DNA of 64,000 nt, taken from Pseudoxanthomonas suwonensis (GTDB lineage Bacteria; Pseudomonadota; Gammaproteobacteria; Xanthomonadales; Xanthomonadaceae). Position 1 is the stretch's first letter. Each line of letters begins with the position of its first letter. The DNA lies in the NCBI GenBank assembly GCA_030535605.1, contig JAUNRQ010000003.1:26875-90874 (forward strand). The letters run 5' to 3'. Made by a program: the position numbers and the translations under genes. Shown one piece after another: positions 1 through 12,700 of this stretch. The notes beneath the pieces were generated by a model. It was not told the origin of the DNA. It was given only the letters and a program-made list of their open reading frames with translations, and did not search any database.

Positions 1-24
1 GGTTTGTTGAACGCAACCAGCATT

Positions 25-885
25 TCAACCGGGTTTGACGAAACGCAGCGTCATCCGGTCACTTTCCCCGATCGCGCGGTAGCGCTCGGCGTCGACCGGT
101 TCGTGGCGATTGGTCGGCGGCAAGGTCCACACGCCATTGGGATGGTCGGCATGATCGCGCGGATTGGCGTTGACCGGGGAGCGCGCATCCAGACGGAAAC
201 CGGCGGCGGTGGCCAGTTCGATGACCAGCGCCTCGGTGAGATAGCCGCTGCGCTTCATGCTGTCCGGATCGGTTCCCGCCGGCGCGCGGTGATCGACCAC
301 GCCAAGCACGCCGCCGGGGCGCAACACCTGGAAGAACCCGGTGAAATGGTCGGCTGCGCTGCCGGCGGCGACCCAGTTGTGGACGTTGCGGAAGGTCAGC
401 ACCACGTCGGCACTTGCCGGCGCGCCGAACGCCGGTGACTTGGGGTCGAACTCGTGCACGGTGGCGGTGCCGTAACGGGCGGGATCGGCAGCGAATTTCG
501 CCCGCAGCGCGTCATTGCGCCGCGCGCCGGCCGAACCCGCCGTGGCCGCGGCCAGCGCCGCGACATAGCGACCTCGGGTGGCCAGGTACGGCGCGAGGAT
601 CTCGCTGTACCAGCCGGCACCGGGGGTGATCTCGACCACCACGTCATCGGCTTGCACGCCGAAAAAATCCAGCGTCTGCGCCGGATGGCGATACGTGTCG
701 CGCTTGCGGAAGGCGGGCGTGCGCCAGTCACCGGCAAGCACCGCGTCGAAACGCGTCGCCGCCGCTGTCGCCTCGCTGGCGGACGGTGGCTGCCCCTCAG
801 GGGCAGGCGTGGTGGTGCAGGAGGCGGTCAGCAGCAGCAGACCGACAGCAGGCAGCAGGCGAACGGGCAACAGGCGGGAAGTCAT
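25..885 (-). CDS. Exported class I SAM-dependent methyltransferase-fold protein (possible lipoprotein)
   Basis: 286-aa ORF with ATG at 885. N-terminal signal peptide ends LLLLTASC (lipobox-like Cys). Methyltransferase motif I-like VVEITPGAGWYSEIL. High GC3. Confidence 0.7.
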   Translation of the reverse strand: MTSRLLPVRLLPAVGLLLLTASCTTTPAPEGQPPSASEATAAATRFDAVLAGDWRTPAFRKRDTYRHPAQTLDFFGVQADDVVVEITPGAGWYSEILAPYLATRGRYVAALAAATAGSAGARRNDALRAKFAADPARYGTATVHEFDPKSPAFGAPASADVVLTFRNVHNWVAAGSAADHFTGFFQVLRPGGVLGVVDHRAPAGTDPDSMKRSGYLTEALVIELATAAGFRLDARSPVNANPRDHADHPNGVWTLPPTNRHEPVDAERYRAIGESDRMTLRFVKPG

Positions 886-964
886 CGGGACATGCTCCGG
901 TGGCGTGTCCCGTCAGCGTGCCACAGTCGCATTGCCGAGAGGCCATTGGTCGTCGCGTGCCCGC

Positions 965-1945
965 TCATGCCACGTCCGCATCGCTCTCGGCCACCACCCG
1001 ATTGCGCCCCAGCCTCTTGGCCCGGTACATCAACGCATCCACCCGCGCCAGCCACTGCTCGGCCGCTTCCGCGGTGCGTCCCTGCGCCACCCCGATCGAC
1101 ACGGTGATGCGATCCTCGCCGACCACCAGCTGCCGTTGCACCGCCTCCAGCAGGTGCTCGGCGAGATCGCGCGCCTGCTGCAACGGCGTGCCCGGCAGCA
1201 CCAGGACGAACTCCTCGCCGCCGAGGCGGAACATCTCGTCGCCGTCGCGCCCGGACTGCTGCAGCAGCATCGCGAAACGCCGCAGGACCTCGTCGCCCTG
1301 CTCGTGGCCCCAAGTGTCGTTGATGCGCTTGAACTCGTCCAGGTCAAACAGCAGCAGGCTGGTGCCGGACGCCGTGGCCGCCATCCGCTTCAACCGCAGC
1401 AACAGTGCACGCCGGTTGCCGATGTTGGTCAGCGGATCCAGCAGCGCCAGCGCTTCCAGCTGCCTTCCCTGCTGGTCGCTGCGCATCGAATGCACGGTGG
1501 AAAAACCCAGCACCATCAATGCCGTGGAAAAAAAGCCCAGCGCGCTGATGGCATTGGCGAACCCGTCCGGATGCAACAACGGCAAGACCACCAGCAGCAG
1601 CGACAGCGGCACCGCAACGCGGTGTCCGGCCAGCATGGAATTGGCGATGATCACGGCGTGGATCCACGGCACGCCGTTCGGCAGGTCCATCCAGCTGACC
1701 ACGGCCACTCCGCTGGTCACCGTGATCGCACCGAACAGACCGACGCGGTCGGGATCGACGCCGCGGTAGACCGCGACCATGTTGAGAATGATGGCAAGGA
1801 CGATGGCGGCATCGACCAGCGCGATCAACCAGTCGCCGTTGTAGAAGCGCAACGCCGCCATGGGCGCGATCGCCAGGCAGGCGATGGCACTGAGGCCCAT
1901 GATGACCCGGTATCGGAACTGCTTGGCGAGGTGGTCGAGGATCAT
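965..1945 (-). CDS. Diguanylate cyclase (GGDEF domain) with N-terminal multi-helix membrane region
   Basis: GGEEF active site (FRLGGEEFVLVLPG). RxxD I-site (RDGD) lies 5 residues upstream. Several hydrophobic helices precede the domain. The ORF runs to 2083, but its first 46 codons are Arg/Ala-rich, so the ATG at 1945 (MILDHLAKQF) is preferred; start uncertain. Confidence 0.85.
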   Translation of the reverse strand: MILDHLAKQFRYRVIMGLSAIACLAIAPMAALRFYNGDWLIALVDAAIVLAIILNMVAVYRGVDPDRVGLFGAITVTSGVAVVSWMDLPNGVPWIHAVIIANSMLAGHRVAVPLSLLLVVLPLLHPDGFANAISALGFFSTALMVLGFSTVHSMRSDQQGRQLEALALLDPLTNIGNRRALLLRLKRMAATASGTSLLLFDLDEFKRINDTWGHEQGDEVLRRFAMLLQQSGRDGDEMFRLGGEEFVLVLPGTPLQQARDLAEHLLEAVQRQLVVGEDRITVSIGVAQGRTAEAAEQWLARVDALMYRAKRLGRNRVVAESDADVA

Positions 1946-2109
1946 CCGCTGATGCTGGTGTGCGCCGAGGGACCGCAGCGTGTACTGCCATGATGCACGC
2001 AACGCCTCCGTATTGCCCGTGCGAGCCGCCGGCGTGCGCGCCTGGGCCGCCCCGCGGCGAGCAGCCGGGCAGGGCTTGTCCAAGGCCTGCGTCGCTGACC
2101 GGCGTCACG

Positions 2110-2340
2110 GTGCGGGGAACGGCCGCGGCCTTGGCCACGCCGGTCACCCTGCTGTTGTTCGGAAGCACCTTCGTTCCGGTGCTGCCAACCGCGGCGGACA
2201 AGCTCCCGCCGTCAACCGCCAGCCTGGCCGCCATGGGATACATTGCCGTTGCCGGGGTGATTGCGGCCAGCGGGCTCTGGCTCGGAATCAAGGGACTGCG
2301 ACGGCTGCAGTCACAAGCGCACCCGTTCATCACGGAGTAG
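2110..2340 (+). CDS. Hypothetical small membrane protein (start uncertain)
   Basis: In-frame GTG at 2110 inside ORF 1960-2340 gives 76 aa with two hydrophobic segments (ALATPVTLLLFGSTFVPVL, YIAVAGVIAASGLWLGI). Stop lies 3 nt before the next ATG. Mostly G/C at third positions. Confidence 0.35.
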   Translation: MRGTAAALATPVTLLLFGSTFVPVLPTAADKLPPSTASLAAMGYIAVAGVIAASGLWLGIKGLRRLQSQAHPFITE

Positions 2341-2343
2341 AGC

Positions 2344-2703
2344 ATGCACACCTGCCCGAACTGCTGGGCCACGATCGACAACAGCGCACTGCGCTTCGAC
2401 CTGGACGCACCGGTCGACGCGAGCGGCCAGCCGCCGGTGGTCATGCGCTGTCCGCAGTGTCGGCAACGCTGGCGCCAGGCGGTGATCCCGCAGCGGCGGA
2501 TCCTGGCGTGGGCCTGTCTCGTGCTTTGCACGCTCGCCATCTGGTTTCTGCCCGACGCACTGCCGCTGACGCGCGGACCAGCCACGATCGTGAGCCTGCT
2601 GGTCGGTGTCGCCATCCTCATCGTCATGCTGTCGCTGTCCAGGCACAGCATCCACCTGCATCCGGTCGACGACACCCGGACGGACAACCCGCAGAACGAT
2701 TGA
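2344..2703 (+). CDS. Zinc-ribbon (CxxC...CxxC) membrane protein, unknown function
   Basis: 119 aa. N-terminal CPNC ... CPQC pair followed by two hydrophobic helices (ILAWACLVLCTLAIWFL, IVSLLVGVAILIVMLSL). High GC3. Confidence 0.6.
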   Translation: MHTCPNCWATIDNSALRFDLDAPVDASGQPPVVMRCPQCRQRWRQAVIPQRRILAWACLVLCTLAIWFLPDALPLTRGPATIVSLLVGVAILIVMLSLSRHSIHLHPVDDTRTDNPQND

Positions 2704-2851
2704 CAACGTCGGCGCCGGGCGAACGGCAAGCCAAGCGACTGGCGTGCCGGACGCCGGCGATGCGTGGAAGCCCAGGGGCCGGCAGCCGCAACACTGCCGC
2801 AGACACCGTGCGTTGGCGTCGAGGAGCGCCACTTTCCGACGCCGTGCCGGC

Positions 2852-5185
<2,334 letters not shown>

Positions 5186-6730
5186 CTACCAGCGCAGCGG
5201 CCGGACGGCCACGGCGTGCTGCAGCCGCCCCAGCAGCGCCTCGGCGTCGGCCAACGGCAGGTAGCGCAGGCGCAGCGGCGGGTCGAAGCTGCCGGCACCG
5301 GCCGTGTCCAGCCACAGCGTGGCCATGCCCAGGTGCCGATCCAGCGGGCCGCGCGACAGTCGCAGCGCCTGCAGCTTGTCGACGTCGGCCCAGCGCCAGT
5401 GGCGGCTCCACCAGCCGGCGCGCACGGCGAGCAGTTCGCCGTCGAAACTCCAGCCGGCGCGCCGTGCGTGCTGGCGGGCGAGGAATGCCGCCCACGGCAG
5501 CCACAGCAGGCCGAGCAGCCCCCAACTGCCGAAGCGCCAGCCCAGCAGCGCGCACAGGACCAGCGTCAAAAACACCCCCGGCAACAGCAGTCGCCACCAG
5601 GCCCTCGGATGCAGCGGCTGCCAATGTGCCGGCGGCCACTGCCGGCCCGGCAGCAACGCCTGCACCAGTTGATCGCATGCCGCGGCGGTGGCAACCGGCG
5701 CCAACTCGCGCAGGCCCCGCTGCTGGCCGCTGCCGTCGGCGGCCGCGGCCACCGCCGAATCCACTCGCAGGCTGCGTCGCTGCAGCAGCCGATGCAGCAC
5801 GCCTTCGACCAGCGTCCACGCCTGGATGCGGCGTCGCGGCGCGCTGCTGCGCAGGCGTGAAAACAGCCCGCGCTCCACCGTCAATCGCCGGCCCGATTGC
5901 TCCAGCCGGAAACCGTGGTACTGGATGAAGGCCAGCGCCACGGACAGCAGCCGCAGCAGCAGCAGCGCGCCCAACAACAGCAACAGGCCGGCCAGCAGAT
6001 AGTCCGGCACGTCGAAACGATGGCTTTCGGCGTAACCGAACAGCAGGTTTCGTACGGCCTCGACCATGTCCGCGAACACGCCGCGGCTGGTCTGCGCCAG
6101 CAAGGCGACCGCTGCGGCCACCACCACCATGCCGCGATTGGAGATCAGCCCCAACCGCACGATCTCGCCCGGCGACAGCGCCAGCAGCAGACGTGACGGC
6201 GGCGCGGCGGCCGGCCCCTGCATGCCATCAACCGCCGTGGCCGCGGCAGCGTCGCCACGCGCGTGCCGCCGCACCAACGCTTCCAGCGCCAACGCCTGCT
6301 CGCGGGTCAGCACCTGCATGTGCGCTTCGGGCTGGGTGCCGCCGGCCGATTCCAGCTTCACGTCGGCCACGCCGAACAGCCGATGCAATGGCGACTGGTG
6401 AATGGCCACGTTGTGGATGCGGGCAAACGGGATCTGCCGCAGGCTGCGGTGCAGCAGGCCGCTGCGGATCACCACGCTGTTGCTGTCGATGCGATAACGG
6501 TAGGTGAAGTATTGCCAGATGGACACCAGCGCGATCGCAGCCACACCGATCATCGGCGCCAGCTCCCACCAGCCCTCGCCATCACCGCGACGACCGGCGA
6601 ACAGCAACACCAGCAAGGGCACGATGAACTGTCGCAGGCCGCTGATCAGCGCGAAAAGCCAGGACCACGGATGCAGGCGGCGGTCCGGCTCGGCTGCCAC
6701 CGGCGACGCGACCGATGGTTCAGGCGTCAT
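5186..6730 (-). CDS. YdbT-like membrane protein with repeated bacterial PH (bPH_2) domains
   Basis: 514 aa from ATG 6730. Repeated pattern of a TM hairpin followed by 'Y.Y.l....l.i..G.l.r....ip..rI' (e.g. YFTYRYRIDSNSVVIRSGLLHRSLRQIPFARIHNV). Start overlaps the upstream gene's stop by 11 nt. Confidence 0.8.
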   Translation of the reverse strand: MTPEPSVASPVAAEPDRRLHPWSWLFALISGLRQFIVPLLVLLFAGRRGDGEGWWELAPMIGVAAIALVSIWQYFTYRYRIDSNSVVIRSGLLHRSLRQIPFARIHNVAIHQSPLHRLFGVADVKLESAGGTQPEAHMQVLTREQALALEALVRRHARGDAAAATAVDGMQGPAAAPPSRLLLALSPGEIVRLGLISNRGMVVVAAAVALLAQTSRGVFADMVEAVRNLLFGYAESHRFDVPDYLLAGLLLLLGALLLLRLLSVALAFIQYHGFRLEQSGRRLTVERGLFSRLRSSAPRRRIQAWTLVEGVLHRLLQRRSLRVDSAVAAAADGSGQQRGLRELAPVATAAACDQLVQALLPGRQWPPAHWQPLHPRAWWRLLLPGVFLTLVLCALLGWRFGSWGLLGLLWLPWAAFLARQHARRAGWSFDGELLAVRAGWWSRHWRWADVDKLQALRLSRGPLDRHLGMATLWLDTAGAGSFDPPLRLRYLPLADAEALLGRLQHAVAVRPLRW

Positions 6731-7253
6731 CGTCGTCGTCCGTGCGCGAATGACGGGCGAGCGTGTCGCGCAGCCGCTCGGCGTCGTCGGCGTCCAGCCC
6801 CGGCACGGTGACCGCATGCTCGCGGGTACCGGCGGTATGGATCAGCAGCGTCGACAGGCCACGACTGCGCTCCAGCGGCCCGCGCTTGATGTCCAGATGC
6901 TGCACGCGCGACAGCGGCACGCGCACGTCCTTGAAGAACAGGCGGCCGCTGCGCAGGCCGAAGCCGTCCGCATCCAGCCGCCAGCGATAGTAGCCGTGGC
7001 GACGACCGCCGAGCCAAGCCCCGAAGCCCAAACCCGCCAGCACCAATGCGCCTGCCCAAACCAGCGCGCCGCCCGGCAACGCGTCGAAGGCGCTGCCGAA
7101 CACGCCCGCACCCAGGCCCAGGCCCAGCGCCGGAATCAGAACGCCCAGCGCATGGCTGAGCCGGAACAGCACGCGCCCGCGCGGCGGCAGCGGCTGCCAA
7201 CCGGGCGCGTCCGTCGCTGCCGGCGTGCCCGGCAGTTCCAGTCCTTCGATCAT
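6720..7253 (-). CDS. YdbS-like membrane protein with a single bPH_2 domain
   Basis: 177 aa from ATG 7253 (MIEGLEL...). TM hairpin followed by YYRWRLDADGFGLRSGRLFFKDVRVPLSRVQHLDIKRGPLER. ATGA start/stop overlap with the upstream acyltransferase gene. Confidence 0.75.
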   Translation of the reverse strand: MIEGLELPGTPAATDAPGWQPLPPRGRVLFRLSHALGVLIPALGLGLGAGVFGSAFDALPGGALVWAGALVLAGLGFGAWLGGRRHGYYRWRLDADGFGLRSGRLFFKDVRVPLSRVQHLDIKRGPLERSRGLSTLLIHTAGTREHAVTVPGLDADDAERLRDTLARHSRTDDDDDA

Positions 7254-8221
7254 TCGACGCCTCCCTCCCTTGATCGGGTCGCTCGCGGATAGGCATGTGG
7301 CCAGTACGGATTGTCGCTGCCATCCGGTGACAGGCTGAAGCGCTTGTAGGCCCATTGGTACTGGCGGAAATCCCGCCGCGCCAGCACTTCGATGGCGGCG
7401 TTGAGTGCGGTGCAGGCCTGCTGCGCGTCGTCGTCGGCGACCGCTGCTGGCAGCGGTGCGATGTGGATGCTGAAGCCGCGAGCGTCGGCGTTGCGTTCGG
7501 CGGCGACCAGCAGCGCGGGTGCGCCGCTGCGCCGCGCCAATCGCGAAAACAGGGTCATCGTCAGCGCCGGGCGCCCGAAGAACGGTGCGAACACGCCATC
7601 ACCGCCACGCTTGGGCTGCTGGTCGGGAAGGATGCCCAACGCCCCACCGCCCTGCAGGTGGCGCAATTGACGGCGCACGCCGGCCGCCTCGGCACGGATC
7701 GTCTGCACGCCGGGGCGCTGGCGCACGTGGTTGAGGAAGGCATCCATGTCGGCGGATTCCGGCGGTGCATACAACACGGCCAGCTCCATGCGTTGCGCCA
7801 GCCACTGGTTCAGCAGTTCCCAGTTGCCGTAATGCGGAGCGGCGATCAGCAGGCCGCGTCCCTGCGCCAATGCCGCCTGCAGATGCTCGAGGCCGTGCAC
7901 GGCATGCACCAGCGCCAGGTTCGCTGATGCCGGCCGGGTCCAGAAGCGCAGGCTCTCCAGCGCCGTCATCACGTTGCCGCGCAGCACCGCGCGCACGTTG
8001 GCGTCGCTGGCGAAGGCGCCCGGGTCACTGCCGCTGGCGGCGGCGATCAGCCGCAGGTTGGTCAAGGCCACCTGGTAGTCGCGGCCCCGCGTCCCGGCCA
8101 GTCGCGCCGCCAACCCGGCGATGCCGTGCAGCACGCGCAGCGGCAGCCGCCCGACCAGCCAGGCGACGGCGTAGAGCCAGCGGGCACGCGCACGCAGCGG
8201 TGGAAGGGTCGGGTCGGCCAT
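7250..8221 (-). CDS. lpxL: Lipid A biosynthesis late (lauroyl/myristoyl) acyltransferase, LpxL/HtrB family
   Basis: 323 aa from ATG 8221 (MADPTLPP...). HX4E-type motif PHYGNWEL. N-terminal hydrophobic anchor. Overall LpxL/LpxM-like layout. Confidence 0.85.
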   Translation of the reverse strand: MADPTLPPLRARARWLYAVAWLVGRLPLRVLHGIAGLAARLAGTRGRDYQVALTNLRLIAAASGSDPGAFASDANVRAVLRGNVMTALESLRFWTRPASANLALVHAVHGLEHLQAALAQGRGLLIAAPHYGNWELLNQWLAQRMELAVLYAPPESADMDAFLNHVRQRPGVQTIRAEAAGVRRQLRHLQGGGALGILPDQQPKRGGDGVFAPFFGRPALTMTLFSRLARRSGAPALLVAAERNADARGFSIHIAPLPAAVADDDAQQACTALNAAIEVLARRDFRQYQWAYKRFSLSPDGSDNPYWPHAYPRATRSREGGVE

Positions 8222-8481
8222 GACGCCAGTGTAGGGCCGCGGGGCGGGCTGTCGGAATGGCGTTGCCGGCTTGCCGGGACGACAGAGGTGAACCTTGTCC
8301 ACGCGGCAGTCCGATCGTCACCGGCGCAGCCGCGCGCGTGGACAAAGCGCACGGATGACCGGCGCGCAACGTCCGGCCAGTGCTGTGACGGGCGGGCATT
8401 GCCGGCTTGGCTTTCCCCAACGTCATCGCCACGACCGCCCCGCGCCTGCAGCACCACCCGTGGCTGGCGTAGGCTTGGCGC

Positions 8482-9747
8482 ATGGACACTTCCGCACGCA
8501 CATCCTTCCTCGCCGCCGGCCTGCTCACCGGCGCCCTGCTGCTGACCGGCTGTGGCCGCGATCCTGCCGGCAACGACGAGGCCGCATTGCAGGTCTGGCC
8601 GCTGCCGGCCGCCGCCGGCTCGGCGCAGCCGGACCTCAGCGTGTCGCACGACGGCCGGTTGCTGGTGAGCTGGCTGCGGCAGCAGGCCGATGGCCGCACC
8701 GCGCTGCAGTACGCCGATTTCAGCGGCGACGGTGCATGGAGCCCGGCACGGACCATCGCCGTGGGACGCCGCTTCTTCGTCAACCGGGTCGACACCCCGC
8801 ACGTGCGGATGACGCCGGACGGCGCGGTCTGGGCGCAGTGGTTGCAGAAGGTCGGCGGCGAGGACGCCGGTGCGCACGGCTACCACGTCATCCTCAGCAC
8901 CTCGCGCGATGGCGGGGTCAACTGGAGCGCGCCGGCGCGGGTGCATGCCGATGACAGCCAGACCGAGCACGGGTTCGCCGCGCTGTGGCCGGCCAGCGCA
9001 CAGCAGCTGGGCATCGCCTGGCTGGATGGCGGCGCCATGCAGGGCGATGCCGGCGGGCGCATGCAGTTGCGTTCCACCGTGATCGAACCGGGACTCGTCG
9101 CCAGCCAGGACGCGAGCGAGCAGGTGATCGACGCCAGCAGCTGCGAATGCTGTCCGACCGACGTGGCCATCAGTGCCCGCGGCCCGGTGCTGGTCTGGCG
9201 GGGGCGCAACGATGCGCAGGTCCGCGACATCCATGTCAGCCGGTTCGAGAGCGGAAACTGGCGCACGCCAATGCCGGTGCATGCCGACGGCTGGCGCATC
9301 GAAGGCTGCCCGGTGAACGGCCCGGCGGTGGACGCCGCCGGCGAGCGGGTGCTGGTGGGATGGTTCACCGCTGCCGATGACACACCGGCGGTGCAGTTGG
9401 CGCTGAGCAACGATGCCGGCGACGGCTTCGCCGCGCCGTTGCGACTGGACGAGGGCGATCAGGTCCTCGGACGGATCGACGTCGCCATCGACGATACCCA
9501 TGCCTGGGCGCTGTGGGTGCGCCAGGACGACGGCATGCAAAGCCTGTGGCTGGCCCGCTTCAGCGCAGACCTGGGCAACGAGATCGAGCGCGTGCAGGTG
9601 GCCACCATCGCCGGCAACGGCCGCACCAGCGGCATTCCGAAGCTGGCACTGCGCGATGGCACCGCGTTCGTGGTGTGGACCGACGTGGACGAAGGCGGTG
9701 GCACGCAATTGCGCGGCGCGCGCTATCGGCCCCTGCCGCCGGGTTGA
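8482..9747 (+). CDS. BNR/sialidase-like beta-propeller lipoprotein
   Basis: 421 aa. Lipobox LLLTGCG. BNR motif STSRDGGVNWS. A longer antisense ORF (8062-9828) has no recognisable motifs. Confidence 0.7.
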   Translation: MDTSARTSFLAAGLLTGALLLTGCGRDPAGNDEAALQVWPLPAAAGSAQPDLSVSHDGRLLVSWLRQQADGRTALQYADFSGDGAWSPARTIAVGRRFFVNRVDTPHVRMTPDGAVWAQWLQKVGGEDAGAHGYHVILSTSRDGGVNWSAPARVHADDSQTEHGFAALWPASAQQLGIAWLDGGAMQGDAGGRMQLRSTVIEPGLVASQDASEQVIDASSCECCPTDVAISARGPVLVWRGRNDAQVRDIHVSRFESGNWRTPMPVHADGWRIEGCPVNGPAVDAAGERVLVGWFTAADDTPAVQLALSNDAGDGFAAPLRLDEGDQVLGRIDVAIDDTHAWALWVRQDDGMQSLWLARFSADLGNEIERVQVATIAGNGRTSGIPKLALRDGTAFVVWTDVDEGGGTQLRGARYRPLPPG

Positions 9748-9796
9748 TGCCGAGGCCGGACGCGCCAGCCGGCGTCCGTGGTGACTGGTGCAAGGC

Positions 9797-12700
9797 TCAG
9801 TCGTCGACCTGCACGTCGCTGCTGGCACGCACCTTGGGGCCGCCGCGTTCGTGGCGCCAGTTCACCGAACCGCGGTTTTCGACCGTGCCGGATTCGATCT
9901 GCACGTCGAAACCGCGGCGCAGCATGTACTTGAGCATCAGCACCTGGCCCGTGCCCAGCAGCGACACGCCGTAGCCGACGTACAGGCGCGGCGAGAGCTG
10001 GCGGCCGATGCCGAACACGCTGCCGGCGGTACGCGAATGCATGATGCCGGCATCGTCCAGCCCCAGCTGTGCACCGAGCTGCGAGGCCAGCATGCTGCCA
10101 CCGGCGGTCAATGCCGCATCGGCGGCGCTGACCTGGCGCGCCTCTTCCCCGGTCAGCCCGGACATCGGCCGGCCCAGGGTCAGGTACGACAATGCATCGG
10201 ACTGGCTGCCGCCCTGGTTGCTGTAGGCGGTCGCCTCCAGCTGCGCCGGTCGCCCGGTGACCGCGATGCCGGCGCGCACGTCGCCGATCTCGCGTTCGGC
10301 TCGCACGTCCAGCAACGGCTGCGAAATCGGCGCGTTCGACCACACCAGTTGCCCACGGGTGATGTCCAGGCGCTGGCCGTAGGCGGTGTAGCGGCCTTCC
10401 ACATCGAGGCTGCCACTGCCGCGGGTTTCGCGACCCGGCTGCGACAGCACCCGCAGGCGCCCGCCGAGCCGACCATCCAGGCCGAAGCCGCGCAGGCGCA
10501 CGTCATCGCCCATCACCAAGGCGAGGTCCATGGCCATCTGCGAGGCTTGCGCGCGCGCCGGATCCACCGGATCGAGCACCACCACGTCCGGTGAGCGGCC
10601 GACGCCCTCGCTGAGCCGCTGCAGGTCCATCATCGCCCGGCGCACGGTCACGGTGCCGCGGATGTCCAGCGGTTGGCCGGCCTGCACCCGCACCACCACG
10701 TCCGGGTCGGCGATGGCGCGCAGATCGCGGGTGTCGGACAAGGTGACGTTGCTGCCGCGCACGTTCAGCACCAGTGGCGTGTCACCGCCGCGCCAGCCCA
10801 GGGTGCCGTTGATCGCCAGCGTGCCTTCGCCCGAACGCAGGCGCCCGTCGATGCGGGCACTGCCGTCGGGCAGGGCATCCAGTCGGGCGGTGCCTTCGGT
10901 CAGCACCAGCGCCAGCGACGGCACTTCCGCCCGGAACCCGGTCAGCTGTGCGCTGCCGCCGAGGCTCGGCTGGGCGCGGCTGCCGGCCAGGGTAATTCGT
11001 CCCTCGATGCGGCCGGTGGGATCGACGATGTCCGGCGAGAACAGTTCCACCCAGCTCAGTTCGGTCAGGTTGGCCTGGATTTCGCCATCCAGCGGCGCGT
11101 GCGCGTCCCAGCCGGTGGCAAGGCGGGCGCTCACGCGGCCACCGTCGCCGCGACCGCCGGCCGCCGCGACGGCGGCATCCAGGGTGGCGACGATGCGGTT
11201 GGGGGTGAAGTCGGCGTCCAGTTCGATGCCGTTCCAGGCCAGCACTTCGTGGGCGCTGCCTTCGGTGCGCAACCCGCCGGGGCCGGCACGCACCTGGGCG
11301 GTGCCGCTCCAGGCGTTGCCGACCGGCCGCACGCGGCCATCCACGTCGATGGTCCCGCGCATGCGCCAGGCCTTGCCGTCTTCCAGGTCGGGCAGGTAGG
11401 CATGGGCCAACGCCAGTGGCAGGCCGGTGCCGCGCAGATCGATGCCACGGCGCGGCCAGTCGGCATCCGCACACAGGCTGCCGCCGCCGCTGGCGCTGAA
11501 GCAACTGCGATCCAGGGTAAAGCCGCCATTGCCGGTGGCGAAGCGCGCCGGCCCGTCCAGTTGCCAGCTGGCACCGGTGCTCGGGCGCAGCAGGGCCTGC
11601 TCCAGAACCCCGCTCCACTGGCCGCCACGCTCGCTGGCGCTGGCGCGCAAATGCAGGGTGCCCAGCTCGCCGCGGGCGTCGGCCTGCGCTTGCAGGGCGG
11701 TCACCGCACCGCGCGCGTGCACGTTCACGCTGTCCATCGCCAGACCGACCTGCACGCCGCTGCCGACCAGGCGCAGGTCGCCACCGCTGCCGCGCCATGG
11801 CAGCTGGCCACGCACGAGGAGACTGTCGGCCCGGTAGTCGTTCCAGCGCAGGCCGCTGCCATCGAGCCGTGCGCGGATGTCCGGCGCGTTGCGGGCACCG
11901 CCCAGGTGCACCTCGCCGCGCAGCACACCGGCGGCCGACGGCAGCAGGTCATCCAGGCGCAACGGCGAGAAACGGGCATCGACGTCGAGCGTGTCGGCGA
12001 GCGTGCCGCGTGCCTCGATGCGACTGGCGCCGATCGCCAGGCGGATGTCGCCCCGGTACTGGTCGCCGTCGATGCGGACCTGCCCGTGGCCGTCCAGCGC
12101 GCGTGCGCGCAACTGGCCGCCGAGGTCGGCAAGGCGCACGTCGGCACGCAACACGCCGCCGTCGTCGACCTTGCCATCGGTGGCCAACACGCCGGTCACC
12201 GCGCCGTCCCAACCGGGCAGGAAGTAGCCCGGGTCGAAACCGGCGAGCCGCGCGTCGAGATTCCAGTGCGTGGCCGGTGCCCAGCCGACGGTGCCGGACG
12301 CATCCAGCCGACCGCTCGGCATGCTTGCCACCAGTCGCTGCACCTGCATGGCCCGGGCATCGCCGGAGCCGGCCAGCTCCACGTCGGCGCGCAGCCCGTC
12401 GCGCAGCAGCACGCCGGTGCCATCCACGTTCCAGTCGGTGCGCACGCCATGCAGGCGCAGGTCGGCATTGGCGGCGATCGGCGGCGTGCCGTCGGCGCCG
12501 CCCCAGCGCAGCTCCCGCGCCACCACGGCGACGTCGTAACCGGCGTTCTCCGGATCGCTGAAGTCGGCCTCGCCCTGCACCCGCACGCGGCCGCCGAAGA
12601 CATCGACCAGCAACTCGTGCACCTGCAACCGTTGCTGTTCCAGGTGCAGCCGCGACGGTTGCACGGTCGCGACCAGCGCACCCTGTTCGAAGCGTCCCTG

